Shown here: positions 50,782 through 57,909 of the stretch, one piece after another
Position numbering within the stretch: position 1 is the stretch's first letter
How the letters are laid out: every line of letters begins with the position of its first letter
From: a virus
Reading direction: 5' to 3' (one strand)
Length of the DNA: 57,909 nucleotides
IMG/VR virus record: IMGVR_UViG_3300045988_069295
Span: 1-57,909 of that record
The notes under the pieces: generated by a model
The model's input: the letters and a program-made list of their open reading frames with translations, nothing else
What the model was told of the DNA's origin: nothing
Database searches by the model: none
Program-made: the position numbers and the translations under genes

Positions 50782-51432
50782 ATGAAAGTTTTAGTTGCCT
50801 GTGAGGAATCGCAGGAAGTTTGCAAAGCATTCCGGGCAAAAGATCACGAAGCCTATTCCTGCGACCTGATTGAGCCGTCCGGCGGGCATCCAGAATGGCA
50901 TATTCTCGGTGACTGCCTAAAAGCTATTGAGGGGGGGCAGGTCGTGACCATGGACGGAACCGCGCATGATGTGCCCCGCTGGGATATGATTATCGCATTT
51001 GTCCCCTGCACAAAGACGAGCAACGCGGGAGCAAGACACCTGTATAAGGGAGGAAAGCTCAATCTTTCCCGGTATTATGAGGGATTGTGTGGCAAGGCGC
51101 TTTTTCTTGCCGTGTGGGCGGCAGATTGCGAAAAAGTGGTGATTGAGAATCCTACCCCCAGCAAGATTTTTGATTACCCAAAGCCTACGCAGGCAATCCA
51201 GCCCTACGAGTACGGACATCCGTACAGCAAGAAAACGCTACTGTGGGAGCGCGGTGTACCGCCGCTGCACCCGACAAACATCGTAGAACCTACCGCGACA
51301 TGGTGTCCGTCTGGCTCTTATTCTCATAAACATGGAGAGCAGCATAAAGGGATGTTTACAACTGACCGGGCTAAAAACCGAGCAAAAACTTTCGCTGGCG
51401 TGGCGGCTGCCATGTCAGAACAGTGGGGTTGA
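50782..51432 (+). CDS. short C5-cytosine-methyltransferase-like protein
   Basis: MKVLVACEESQ..., WDMIIAFVPCT (PC motif), VVIENP (ENV-like), QPYEYGHPYSKKTLLW. Confidence 0.45.
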   Translation: MKVLVACEESQEVCKAFRAKDHEAYSCDLIEPSGGHPEWHILGDCLKAIEGGQVVTMDGTAHDVPRWDMIIAFVPCTKTSNAGARHLYKGGKLNLSRYYEGLCGKALFLAVWAADCEKVVIENPTPSKIFDYPKPTQAIQPYEYGHPYSKKTLLWERGVPPLHPTNIVEPTATWCPSGSYSHKHGEQHKGMFTTDRAKNRAKTFAGVAAAMSEQWG

Positions 51433-51436
51433 TAGA

Positions 51437-51652
51437 ATGATTACTTGCTGTCTCAACTGCACATCACGCCACCAAGCTTGTCACGACACTTGCGAGAAGT
51501 ACAAGGAAGAGAAGAAAGACTTCGAGGAACGCAAAGCGTTCGTGTATGAGCTGAACCACAGCCAGAGCGTGTACCACCGTGATTATGAGGACAAGCACCG
51601 GGAACGTGGCAAGAAGCGGTTTCTCGGAAGTGAATTTAGAGGTGAACGATAA
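51437..51652 (+). CDS. Cys-rich small protein
   Basis: MITCCLNCTSRHQACHDTCEKY. Confidence 0.45.
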   Translation: MITCCLNCTSRHQACHDTCEKYKEEKKDFEERKAFVYELNHSQSVYHRDYEDKHRERGKKRFLGSEFRGER

Positions 51653-51928
51653 ATGGGAGCTTTCATTGCAAGACAACCTAATGGTCTGCTGTGCCGGTTT
51701 TCTTCGGTGGTCGATTGCATTACCGATTACAACATGACCGAAGATGAATACATCGAAATGTGTGCCGAAAAGGCACGAGAAGAAGCAAGAGATGTTCTTG
51801 ACCACTATATGCAACCGTTTGAACTGGTGGACAAGCGATTCTACCCGAACAACATGACAGTGGAAGAACATAAGCGGATTATGAAGGAAATGGAAAAGCC
51901 CGCTGACAAAGAAACTCATATTCCGTGA
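51653..51928 (+). CDS. hypothetical protein
   Basis: Abuts its neighbours; 91 aa. Confidence 0.5.
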   Translation: MGAFIARQPNGLLCRFSSVVDCITDYNMTEDEYIEMCAEKAREEARDVLDHYMQPFELVDKRFYPNNMTVEEHKRIMKEMEKPADKETHIP

Positions 51929-51946
51929 GCTTAGAGGTAAACGAGG

Positions 51947-52138
51947 ATGAACAAAAGAAAGTATAAGCCGGGCGGTTACATCATTTCACTTGATGACTTA
52001 ATGAAGCAGGAGTTTGTTTACTGCGCCGGAAAACTTGTTCACAAAGGCTGGTTTGGTAGTTGGCAACTGCGATATGCAAATAGCGAACTTGCTCGGCTGC
52101 GTATCAGAGAAGCCAAAAAAATCGAGGACAACGAATGA
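51947..52138 (+). CDS. hypothetical protein
   Basis: GAGG RBS; 63 aa. Confidence 0.45.
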   Translation: MNKRKYKPGGYIISLDDLMKQEFVYCAGKLVHKGWFGSWQLRYANSELARLRIREAKKIEDNE

Positions 52139-52668
52139 ACACCGGCAAGCAGTTTGAAGCAGACTTCAAAGCATCCGTCCCATCCGATGCGTGGTGCTAC
52201 CGCCTGAAAGACAGTGCTGCCACCTACTACGGCGGCAACGAGAATCTGTCCTTTTCCATCGACAACATCTGCGACTTCCTTGTGTACCGATACCCGATGA
52301 ACCACCTGTTTGAACTGAAAACCATCGAAACGCCCTCTATCCCTCTGGAAAAGGTGTTCGGCAAGTACGACAAGGCAAAGTGCAAATACCGCAAGGAAAA
52401 GCACATCACAGACATGGTAGAAGCAATGGGGTACAGCGGTCAGACCGCCCATGTGATAGTCAATTACAGGGCGGTCAACCGCACCTTTGCAATCCCTGCC
52501 AGCAAGGTTCTAGCGTTCCGTTACAACGAGAGCCGGAAGAGCATCCCTTGGCAGTGGGCGGAGCAAGAGGGGATAGAGGTCAAAGCAAAAAGGTTGCGTG
52601 TCCATTGGCGGTATGACGTGGATGGGCTGCTAAAGAGATTGGAGAAAGAACATGGGACAGACGCTTAA
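52135..52668 (+). CDS. recU: RecU-like Holliday junction resolvase
   Basis: GKQFEADF...ICDFLVY...LFELKT (D..E-x-K) pattern. Confidence 0.6.
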   Translation: MNTGKQFEADFKASVPSDAWCYRLKDSAATYYGGNENLSFSIDNICDFLVYRYPMNHLFELKTIETPSIPLEKVFGKYDKAKCKYRKEKHITDMVEAMGYSGQTAHVIVNYRAVNRTFAIPASKVLAFRYNESRKSIPWQWAEQEGIEVKAKRLRVHWRYDVDGLLKRLEKEHGTDA

Positions 52669-52825
52669 GTGTGATAGATGCGGGGAGACGTATCCTTTAT
52701 ACGAATACAACAACTTCACTGACATTGAGATGCGTGTGTGGGGTATTGGCGGCCCGTATGACTGCGAGTATCGCCTTTGCCCCTCTTGCATGGCAAAGCT
52801 GAACGACTGGCTGAAAGGAGAATAA
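52652..52825 (+). CDS. 57-aa Zn-ribbon protein
   Basis: KCDRCG...CPSC; below the ORF-track cutoff. Confidence 0.4.
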   Translation: MGQTLKCDRCGETYPLYEYNNFTDIEMRVWGIGGPYDCEYRLCPSCMAKLNDWLKGE

Positions 52826-52827
52826 AA

Positions 52828-53091
52828 ATGGCTGAATATTATGTTGGATGTGGGATATTTGGGGAAATCTATGCCGGAAAAATAACACCACCTGGAAAAG
52901 ATGGTTCGCAGATGTGGAAAAACAAATCGGATGTGACTGACGGAGCAATCGAAGCGGTCGTGAACCATTTCATTATAGAAATGGATCGTGACGGCAAGAA
53001 CAAAATTCAAAAAGCATGGGGAGTTCGTGGCAATAGAACGCTAAAAGTCACGTTTGAACTTGTCCCAAACAAGGAGTGGTCAGATGAATAA
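52828..53091 (+). CDS. hypothetical protein
   Basis: AAGGAG RBS before ATG 52828. Confidence 0.5.
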   Translation: MAEYYVGCGIFGEIYAGKITPPGKDGSQMWKNKSDVTDGAIEAVVNHFIIEMDRDGKNKIQKAWGVRGNRTLKVTFELVPNKEWSDE

Positions 53092-53407
53092 ATTCGGGAA
53101 CTGCCCTCTGTGTGGCAAACAGGTCAAGCCGACCAACCTCCGAAAAATCGCACGACAGAACCAGTTGTACGGCTTTCGCATGGCTCTGGATGGCATTGCC
53201 ACCACATGGGGCGCACTGATTCAGAACCTTCGGTGCGATGCAGACCTGACCGATGAACAGGTGCAGAAAATCATCCGCATTGGTGACAGGTACTGGGAGA
53301 TGGTTGGGCAGTTCAAGAACGAGGACATGACACCTGACGAGTTTGCTGATTACATCACCGCAAAGTCAGAACAGGTCGAAAAAGATCTGAGAGAAAGGTG
53401 GAACTAA
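53084..53407 (+). CDS. hypothetical protein with an N-terminal CxxC
   Basis: MNKFGNCPLCGK...; AAGGAG RBS. Confidence 0.5.
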   Translation: MNKFGNCPLCGKQVKPTNLRKIARQNQLYGFRMALDGIATTWGALIQNLRCDADLTDEQVQKIIRIGDRYWEMVGQFKNEDMTPDEFADYITAKSEQVEKDLRERWN

Positions 53408-53409
53408 CA

Positions 53410-53592
53410 ATGTTTGAATTTGTAACCCGCTGGCTGGTCTGTCTAGTCCTGCTGGCGGTAGTGGTTCAGTCTGAACGGACAATCAAGGACATGACGAACA
53501 GCCTGTTTGAGGAACGGCAAGCAATGCTCGTCTGGGCGTTCGTCAACGTGTGTCTGGTTGCTTGTACGGCTGTTGCGATGGGGTGGAAGTAA
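53410..53592 (+). CDS. small membrane protein
   Basis: Two hydrophobic helices. Confidence 0.5.
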   Translation: MFEFVTRWLVCLVLLAVVVQSERTIKDMTNSLFEERQAMLVWAFVNVCLVACTAVAMGWK

Positions 53593-53594
53593 GT

Positions 53595-53831
53595 ATGGAA
53601 ATTAAATCAATAAATGATATTCCAATGCCGTTTAGCGACATTGATGTTGCGGAAGCGTTTTATCATCATTCGGAACTTTACATGAAAACAGAGAATGTTT
53701 CAACTACGGTAGCAAGCGGAAATTTTACTACGCTGGTTTATAACGCTGTAAATTTGAAAAACGGTTCGTTCAAAAGTTTTGTCGGTTCAGAAAACGTTCA
53801 AAGGGCTAAGGTACATATTGAGAGAGAGTAA
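53595..53831 (+). CDS. hypothetical protein
   Basis: 78 aa; AT-rich. Confidence 0.45.
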   Translation: MEIKSINDIPMPFSDIDVAEAFYHHSELYMKTENVSTTVASGNFTTLVYNAVNLKNGSFKSFVGSENVQRAKVHIERE

Positions 53832-53834
53832 CCA

Positions 53835-53999
53835 ATGGAAAATGAATTTTACTGCCCGATGAAAATGACCAGCAATCCGCTTGGCCGGTGCGTCTGCGAG
53901 AAAGAAAAGTGCGCATGGTGGAGTCAGTGGGATTGCCGATGCGTAATCCGGATAATTGCGCAGAAACTTGGCGGAATCGAAACGAAGATGAAGAGATGA
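53835..53999 (+). CDS. 54-aa Cys-rich protein
   Basis: MENEFYCPMK...GRCVCEKEKCAWWSQWDCRC. Confidence 0.4.
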   Translation: MENEFYCPMKMTSNPLGRCVCEKEKCAWWSQWDCRCVIRIIAQKLGGIETKMKR

Positions 54000-54003
54000 G
54001 AGT

Positions 54004-54195
54004 ATGAACGAGTGGATTAGCGTAAACGATTCGCAACCGAAAAAAGATGGAATCTACTTTGCTGTATATAAGTTTTTGGATTTGAACAATTGCGTTTCAA
54101 CAAGAGAATTTAGAAACGGTAAGTGGATAGAAGAGGTTGGACGTGAAGAGGTCAGGTTCTGGATGCCGATTCCAAAACTACCAAAGGAGGTCTAA
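54004..54195 (+). CDS. DUF551-type protein
   Basis: MNEWISVNDSQP...VRFWMPIPKLP. Confidence 0.6.
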   Translation: MNEWISVNDSQPKKDGIYFAVYKFLDLNNCVSTREFRNGKWIEEVGREEVRFWMPIPKLPKEV

Positions 54196-54198
54196 TAC

Positions 54199-54552
54199 AT
54201 GGCAATCAATAAGAAAATCCGTGAGGTTGTGTATCAGAAATATAATGGACGCTGTGCGTATTGTGGCAGGGAAATTTCTTATAAGGATATGCAAGTAGAC
54301 CACTTCAAACCGTTAAGGGCTCTGGAACCGGATAACAAAAATGCAAACGATATTTCAAATTTGATGCCAGCTTGTAGAATGTGCAATCACTATAAACGTG
54401 CAAATTCCTTAGAGGTATTCCGCAAATACATTTATGAAATTCCAAGCAAGTTGAGAAATGATTACATTTATAAAATTGGAGTTGCATACGGAAATGTGAT
54501 TGAAAACGAAAAACCAATTGAATTTCTTTTTGAAAAAGTAGAAAAGGAGTAA
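54199..54552 (+). CDS. HNH endonuclease
   Basis: GRCAYCG...VDHFKP...NLMPACRMCNHYK. Confidence 0.85.
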   Translation: MAINKKIREVVYQKYNGRCAYCGREISYKDMQVDHFKPLRALEPDNKNANDISNLMPACRMCNHYKRANSLEVFRKYIYEIPSKLRNDYIYKIGVAYGNVIENEKPIEFLFEKVEKE

Positions 54553-54568
54553 AGCGAGGTGAAAACTC

Positions 54569-55321
54569 TTGGCAACACCCCCGAAGCGTGGTCGTGGCAG
54601 ACCACCGCTGACCGAAGCGGAAAAGAAAAAGCGTGAGAAGCGGGCGCAAAAGGCGAAAGAAGAAGCCGCTGCAAAGCGTGAGAAAGAGAGAGAGAAGAAG
54701 AAACAACAGATGCTTAACAAGCGGAAATCTATCCGCTCACAGGTGAGTAAAAAGGTGAAAGAACAGCAGGAGTTGGCTATCGAGAAGTCGAAGATGATGA
54801 ACACAGGAGATTTGCAGTCGAGAATCGGTGATGAAGAGGACAAGAAAATCATCGGCATGATTGCAGCCAAGTATTTTGGCGACCTTCCGAGCGTGGACAT
54901 GAACAACCCCATTGAAGTGCAGCAGCGCCTTGACTTCTTCTTTGATGCTTGCATCGAAGCCAGAATCTCCCCTGTGGTGGAATGGATTGCGCTGGTGCTT
55001 GGCATCGAATGGCCTAGTCTTAGACAGATTATGACAGGCAAGCGCCGTGACGACAGCTTGCAGCAGAAGTACATATTAAAGCTGATTCTGCAAATGCAGT
55101 CCATGTGGGCATATAACGGCATGTATGGTCAGGAGAACCCGGCAGAGTGGATTTTCCGAGCCAAGAACTACTTTGGTATGCGTGACAACGTGGAAGTCAC
55201 CGTTGCGCCGCCTGAGCAGCCGTTGGGCGATGCCCAGAGCGCAGAACAGTTGGCTCAGAAGTACCAGACGGCTTTGCCGAAAGGAATTGACGTGGAGTAC
55301 AGAGAGGTGAAAGAAGAATGA
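54569..55321 (+). CDS. terS: terminase small subunit (gp3-packaging-like)
   Basis: Basic N-terminus; QQRLDFFFDACIE..SPVVEWIALVLGI..SLRQIM; IFRAKNYFGMRDNVEV. TTG start preceded by GAGGTG. Confidence 0.7.
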   Translation: MATPPKRGRGRPPLTEAEKKKREKRAQKAKEEAAAKREKEREKKKQQMLNKRKSIRSQVSKKVKEQQELAIEKSKMMNTGDLQSRIGDEEDKKIIGMIAAKYFGDLPSVDMNNPIEVQQRLDFFFDACIEARISPVVEWIALVLGIEWPSLRQIMTGKRRDDSLQQKYILKLILQMQSMWAYNGMYGQENPAEWIFRAKNYFGMRDNVEVTVAPPEQPLGDAQSAEQLAQKYQTALPKGIDVEYREVKEE

Positions 55322-55398
55322 AAGAACTTGTTGTGTTCTTCTTGTTATCTTGGGCGGTCGCTTTTTTGATTATCAAAAATTTTAACGATAAGGAGTAA
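55318..55398 (+). CDS. 26-aa membrane peptide upstream of the SPFH gene
   Basis: MKELVVFFLLSWAVAFLIIKNFNDKE; ATGA overlap with terS. Confidence 0.35.
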   Translation: MKELVVFFLLSWAVAFLIIKNFNDKE

Positions 55399-55401
55399 AA
55401 C

Positions 55402-56265
55402 ATGAAAAAGGTAGCAACTATTATTTCTTCTGTGGTAGCAGCATTTTTTGTTGCAGTAGTTCTCTTGCTGTGTTTAGAGAGAGTGCCTGTTGGATATGTT
55501 GGCGTTGTTTATTCGGCACGAGGTGTTGAGCAGAACACCTTGTCACAGGGCTGGCATTTTCTTTCGCCAATGAAGCACGTTAGCAAGTTCCCTATCAGCC
55601 AGCAGCAACTTATTTTTTCGGATGACCCGGCAGATTATAACGCAAAGGAACACGCAGACTGGCATATTGATGCTCCTGCAAGCGGTGGAATGGTTGGAGT
55701 AAACCTTACAGTAAATTATAACTTCATTCCAGACCGTGTTGTTGAACTTTACAGCCGTTTTAACGGAATGGATGGCGAAACGCTTGTGGAGAGCCGTATT
55801 CAGAATAGCATTATCGCCTACGTCAAGGAGGTAACACCCCAGTTTTCTGTAATGGATATTTATTCTGAAAAGAAAACAGAAGTAAACAACGCAATCACAA
55901 ATTATTTGAACGAAAAGCTTACCAATGAATACGGAATCAACGTTTCAAGCGCCCTTGTGATTGACGTAGAACTGGATGACACCTTGACTGAAAAGATTAG
56001 AGCGAAAGAACAAGCAAAGCAGGACGCTGAAATTGCTGAGCTGAACAAGCAGACTGCTCTTGCACAGGCTGAGACGGACAAGGTGAAGGCTCAGACGGAA
56101 GCCGATGTGAAAGTGATCGAAGCACAGGCAGAAGCAGAATCGAATCGTATCGTGTCGGAATCTATCACTCCCGAACTGATTCAGATGAAAGAAGCTGAAG
56201 CCAGACTGAAGCATGGGTGGGTTACTGTCAATGGGGCAGATACAGTCGTAACAAAAGCTGATTGA
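55402..56265 (+). CDS. SPFH / band-7 (prohibitin-like) membrane protein
   Basis: N-terminal TM helix, VPVGYVGVVY..., and a long Ala/Glu/Gln-rich coiled coil AKEQAKQDAEIAEL...AQAEAESNRI. Confidence 0.8.
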   Translation: MKKVATIISSVVAAFFVAVVLLLCLERVPVGYVGVVYSARGVEQNTLSQGWHFLSPMKHVSKFPISQQQLIFSDDPADYNAKEHADWHIDAPASGGMVGVNLTVNYNFIPDRVVELYSRFNGMDGETLVESRIQNSIIAYVKEVTPQFSVMDIYSEKKTEVNNAITNYLNEKLTNEYGINVSSALVIDVELDDTLTEKIRAKEQAKQDAEIAELNKQTALAQAETDKVKAQTEADVKVIEAQAEAESNRIVSESITPELIQMKEAEARLKHGWVTVNGADTVVTKAD

Positions 56266-56288
56266 TGGGGAACATAGAGAGTAAAAAC

Positions 56289-56396
56289 ATGACTAACGGC
56301 GATTTTATACGCTCCATGACGGACGAGGGTGAAAAGATTGATTCTTCCGCTGACATAATTTGCCCTCAAAAAAAAAAATTGTCCGTGGTGGAATGA
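56289..56396 (+). CDS. possible 35-aa ORF containing an A11 tract
   Basis: Weak RBS. The A11 tract at 56368..56378 links it to the -1 frame ORF downstream. Confidence 0.3.
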   Translation: MTNGDFIRSMTDEGEKIDSSADIICPQKKKLSVVE

Positions 56397-56548
56397 ATAT
56401 GGATGTCAATATCGTCATTTCTGGGGCAAACATCCAACTTTTCGATTCAATCGTTGCCAAGCGTATCTTTGTGATGGATGGAGAGGATGGAAAGCAGACA
56501 AAGAAATCTTGTTTAAGGACGTTGGGGAGGACGACTAATGCAGACTGA
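56393..56548 (+). CDS. possible small ORF (or frameshift extension of 56289..)
   Basis: GGTGGA lies upstream of ATG 56393/56399; the frame is open back to 56360. Confidence 0.35.
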   Translation: MNMDVNIVISGANIQLFDSIVAKRIFVMDGEDGKQTKKSCLRTLGRTTNAD

Positions 56549-56741
56549 CAGAGGAATCTACCACAAGCGAGTATGCGACCGCTGTGGATATAATCTAGAA
56601 TACTATACCTATGACGAAGATGAGCTATTAAAAGGTTGGGGATGGCGTAGGGACACAGGCGACCTGTGCCCGGAATGCTATGAGGAGTATAAGCGAGTGA
56701 TCGGGCGATTCAATGCCAACAGAAGGAGAAAGAGAGGGTAG
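56538..56741 (+). CDS. Zn-ribbon protein
   Basis: CDRCG...CPEC. Confidence 0.5.
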   Translation: MQTDRGIYHKRVCDRCGYNLEYYTYDEDELLKGWGWRRDTGDLCPECYEEYKRVIGRFNANRRRKRG

Positions 56742-56746
56742 AGATA

Positions 56747-56986
56747 ATGGACATTTACTGCACCACCGAACATTGCTCTTGCATGGGCATCAAGCAGTTC
56801 TCTGCTGGCAAGGCCATCCGATGCACGGCAGAATCCTGCAAGAACAAATCTGAGCCGTCCTGTGGCTCTTGCAAATGGTACGCAGAGCCGGAGGGTGTAT
56901 GCGTGAACGACCAGTCAGAACACGTTGCAGACTTCGTGTGGGACGAACGCGGATGCAAGGAATGGGAGAAGAAAGATGAGTTATGA
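56747..56986 (+). CDS. Cys-rich protein
   Basis: 10 Cys in 79 aa. Confidence 0.5.
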   Translation: MDIYCTTEHCSCMGIKQFSAGKAIRCTAESCKNKSEPSCGSCKWYAEPEGVCVNDQSEHVADFVWDERGCKEWEKKDEL

Positions 56987-57341
56987 CATTTCGCTATGCG
57001 ACCCAGTAACGCATGAAACGCTTGAAGTGGATGATACGCACTTTGTTGCTGGTGGTACTCGTTCCATTGTAGGAACAAAGGAGCTGTGGCTTAATATCAC
57101 CTATAATTATGGAAAGCACTTTCGTCGTGATGATGTGTTGGGTAGCAAGGGCATCCGCTCCATTTACGGCAAAACAGGCGCAGAGAGCATCCCGATGCTT
57201 GAAAAGGCTATTTCTGCACTAGGCGACGATGTAGACGATAGCGACTACTGGCACGCCACAGAGGGCAACGCCAAACGTGCCCTGTACGGTTTGCTTGCGT
57301 TTGCAAAGATGCGCCCTGACGGCGTGTGGGATGGAGATTGA
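56976..57341 (+). CDS. hypothetical protein
   Basis: ATG 56976 (MSYDISL...). Confidence 0.5.
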   Translation: MSYDISLCDPVTHETLEVDDTHFVAGGTRSIVGTKELWLNITYNYGKHFRRDDVLGSKGIRSIYGKTGAESIPMLEKAISALGDDVDDSDYWHATEGNAKRALYGLLAFAKMRPDGVWDGD

Positions 57342-57352
57342 AAGGAGAGAAC

Positions 57353-57508
57353 ATGGAAGTCAGACCGATTGATGCTAATGAACTACGTCAAAACATCGAG
57401 GCGTGGATTCAGGAGTATAACGATGGAACAATAGGTGGCTTGTCTTTAGACGATATACTTGACTATATCGACACTGCGCCAACAATCGAGGTGAAAGACA
57501 ATGGCTAA
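57353..57508 (+). CDS. hypothetical protein (RPIDAN...APTIE paralog of 3093..3266)
   Basis: MEVRPIDANELR...IDTAPTIEVKDNG; AAGGAG RBS. Confidence 0.5.
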   Translation: MEVRPIDANELRQNIEAWIQEYNDGTIGGLSLDDILDYIDTAPTIEVKDNG

Positions 57509-57791
57509 TTATCCAGAATACCTTGAACGAAACGCACTCATTGAAAGAATCAAGAAAGCATATTGCGATGGCTGCGAGAACTACAATGGAGTAAGATGCC
57601 GTGCTTGCGGTATTGGAGATGCCATTGACGTTGTGGAAGATGCCCCGACAACCTTAGAGCGTACTGCTGAATGGATTGTACAGGACGATACATTTACAAG
57701 GTTCGAGTGTAGCAGATGCCACACAAAAAATCATCATACACGTTGGAACTACTGCCCGAACTGTGGTTCTTTGATGGAGAATAGACTATGA
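57501..57791 (+). CDS. Zn-ribbon protein
   Basis: CDGC...CRAC...CSRC...CPNC. Confidence 0.55.
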   Translation: MANYPEYLERNALIERIKKAYCDGCENYNGVRCRACGIGDAIDVVEDAPTTLERTAEWIVQDDTFTRFECSRCHTKNHHTRWNYCPNCGSLMENRL

Positions 57792-57909
57792 GTAGCACCC
57801 TTTGGCATCCAGCAAGCGAACCGCCACGAGAGCGAGCGCGGCCTTTGTTGCTTGCGACTAAGACAACGTGGCGTGATAAAGATGGAAAAATGTTGCAAGG
57901 AATCTCGCC
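57788..57909 (+). CDS. 5' portion of the DUF551-like ORF that continues at 1..231 across the junction
   Basis: ATG 57788 overlaps the upstream stop (ATGA); the frame is open to the window end. Confidence 0.6.
   Translation, partial: MSSTLWHPASEPPRERARPLLLATKTTWRDKDGKMLQGIS
57791..57909. repeat. Terminal direct repeat (copy of 1..119)
   Basis: Identical by direct reading. Confidence 0.95.

Noticed and set aside
1-57909. Reverse-transcriptase-based systems (DGR, retron), CRISPR-Cas, CBASS- or Thoeris-like defence operons, and toxin-antitoxin pairs of known families
   Set aside because: No ORF shows RT (YxDD), Cas, cyclase/TIR/SIR2 or classical TA motifs that I can recognise. Absence is by eye only.

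Overview
The window is a complete temperate phage genome. Positions 1..119 are identical to 57791..57909, so it closes into a 57,790-bp circle. It combines a siphovirus-type virion and lysis module with a plasmid maintenance block and has no integrase, so I read it as a phage-plasmid. The host is probably a Firmicutes/Clostridia-type bacterium, judging from XkdX-, phiLC3-holin-, GH25-, RecU- and YjcQ-like genes.

Layout:
- 45.9 kb through the junction to 3.7 kb (+ strand): a long early operon with a Cro-like protein, a BRO/KilAC antirepressor, Erf, SSB, a PD-(D/E)xK nuclease, an MTase-like protein, RecU, many Zn-ribbon mini-proteins, HNH, TerS, an SPFH protein, DUF551 paralogs, Lar, a replisome organizer and DnaB.
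- 3.7-5.5 kb: a 1.8-kb non-coding, origin-like region with a C-tract array, an AT-rich core, CGACTAT iterons and a GC-rich island.
- 5.5-10.1 kb (mostly - strand): an accessory block.
- 10.6-12.2 kb: an HTH protein, a small serine recombinase, a frameshifted ORF and a YjcQ-like protein.
- 12.3-35.2 kb: the late genes. These are TerL interrupted by an intein, a tRNA, portal, scaffold, decoration protein, major capsid protein, connectors, major tail protein, G/GT chaperones, tape measure, tail tip, fibres, GH25 lysin and holins.
- 36.3-39.3 kb: a terminator-insulated six-gene Cys-rich operon of unknown function.
- 39.4-43.5 kb (- strand): ParA, a Zn-ribbon protein, an RHH protein, a RepB-type initiator and an iteron oriV.
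- 43.5-45.7 kb: two XRE repressors.

Most unusual observations:
- the unassignable Cys-rich cargo operon;
- a strictly 10-bp-phased GGCTT array inside the RHH gene of the par operon;
- a class-3-like (Ala1, W/C/T) LAGLIDADG intein in the TerL P-loop;
- two related GC-rich islands in inverted orientation that bracket an accessory operon;
- terS and HNH separated from terL by about 14.8 kb;
- a 70-bp lysin 5' duplication that brackets the lysis and fibre cassette.

All family names come from motifs recognised by eye. No database search, HMM or RNA-folding program was run.
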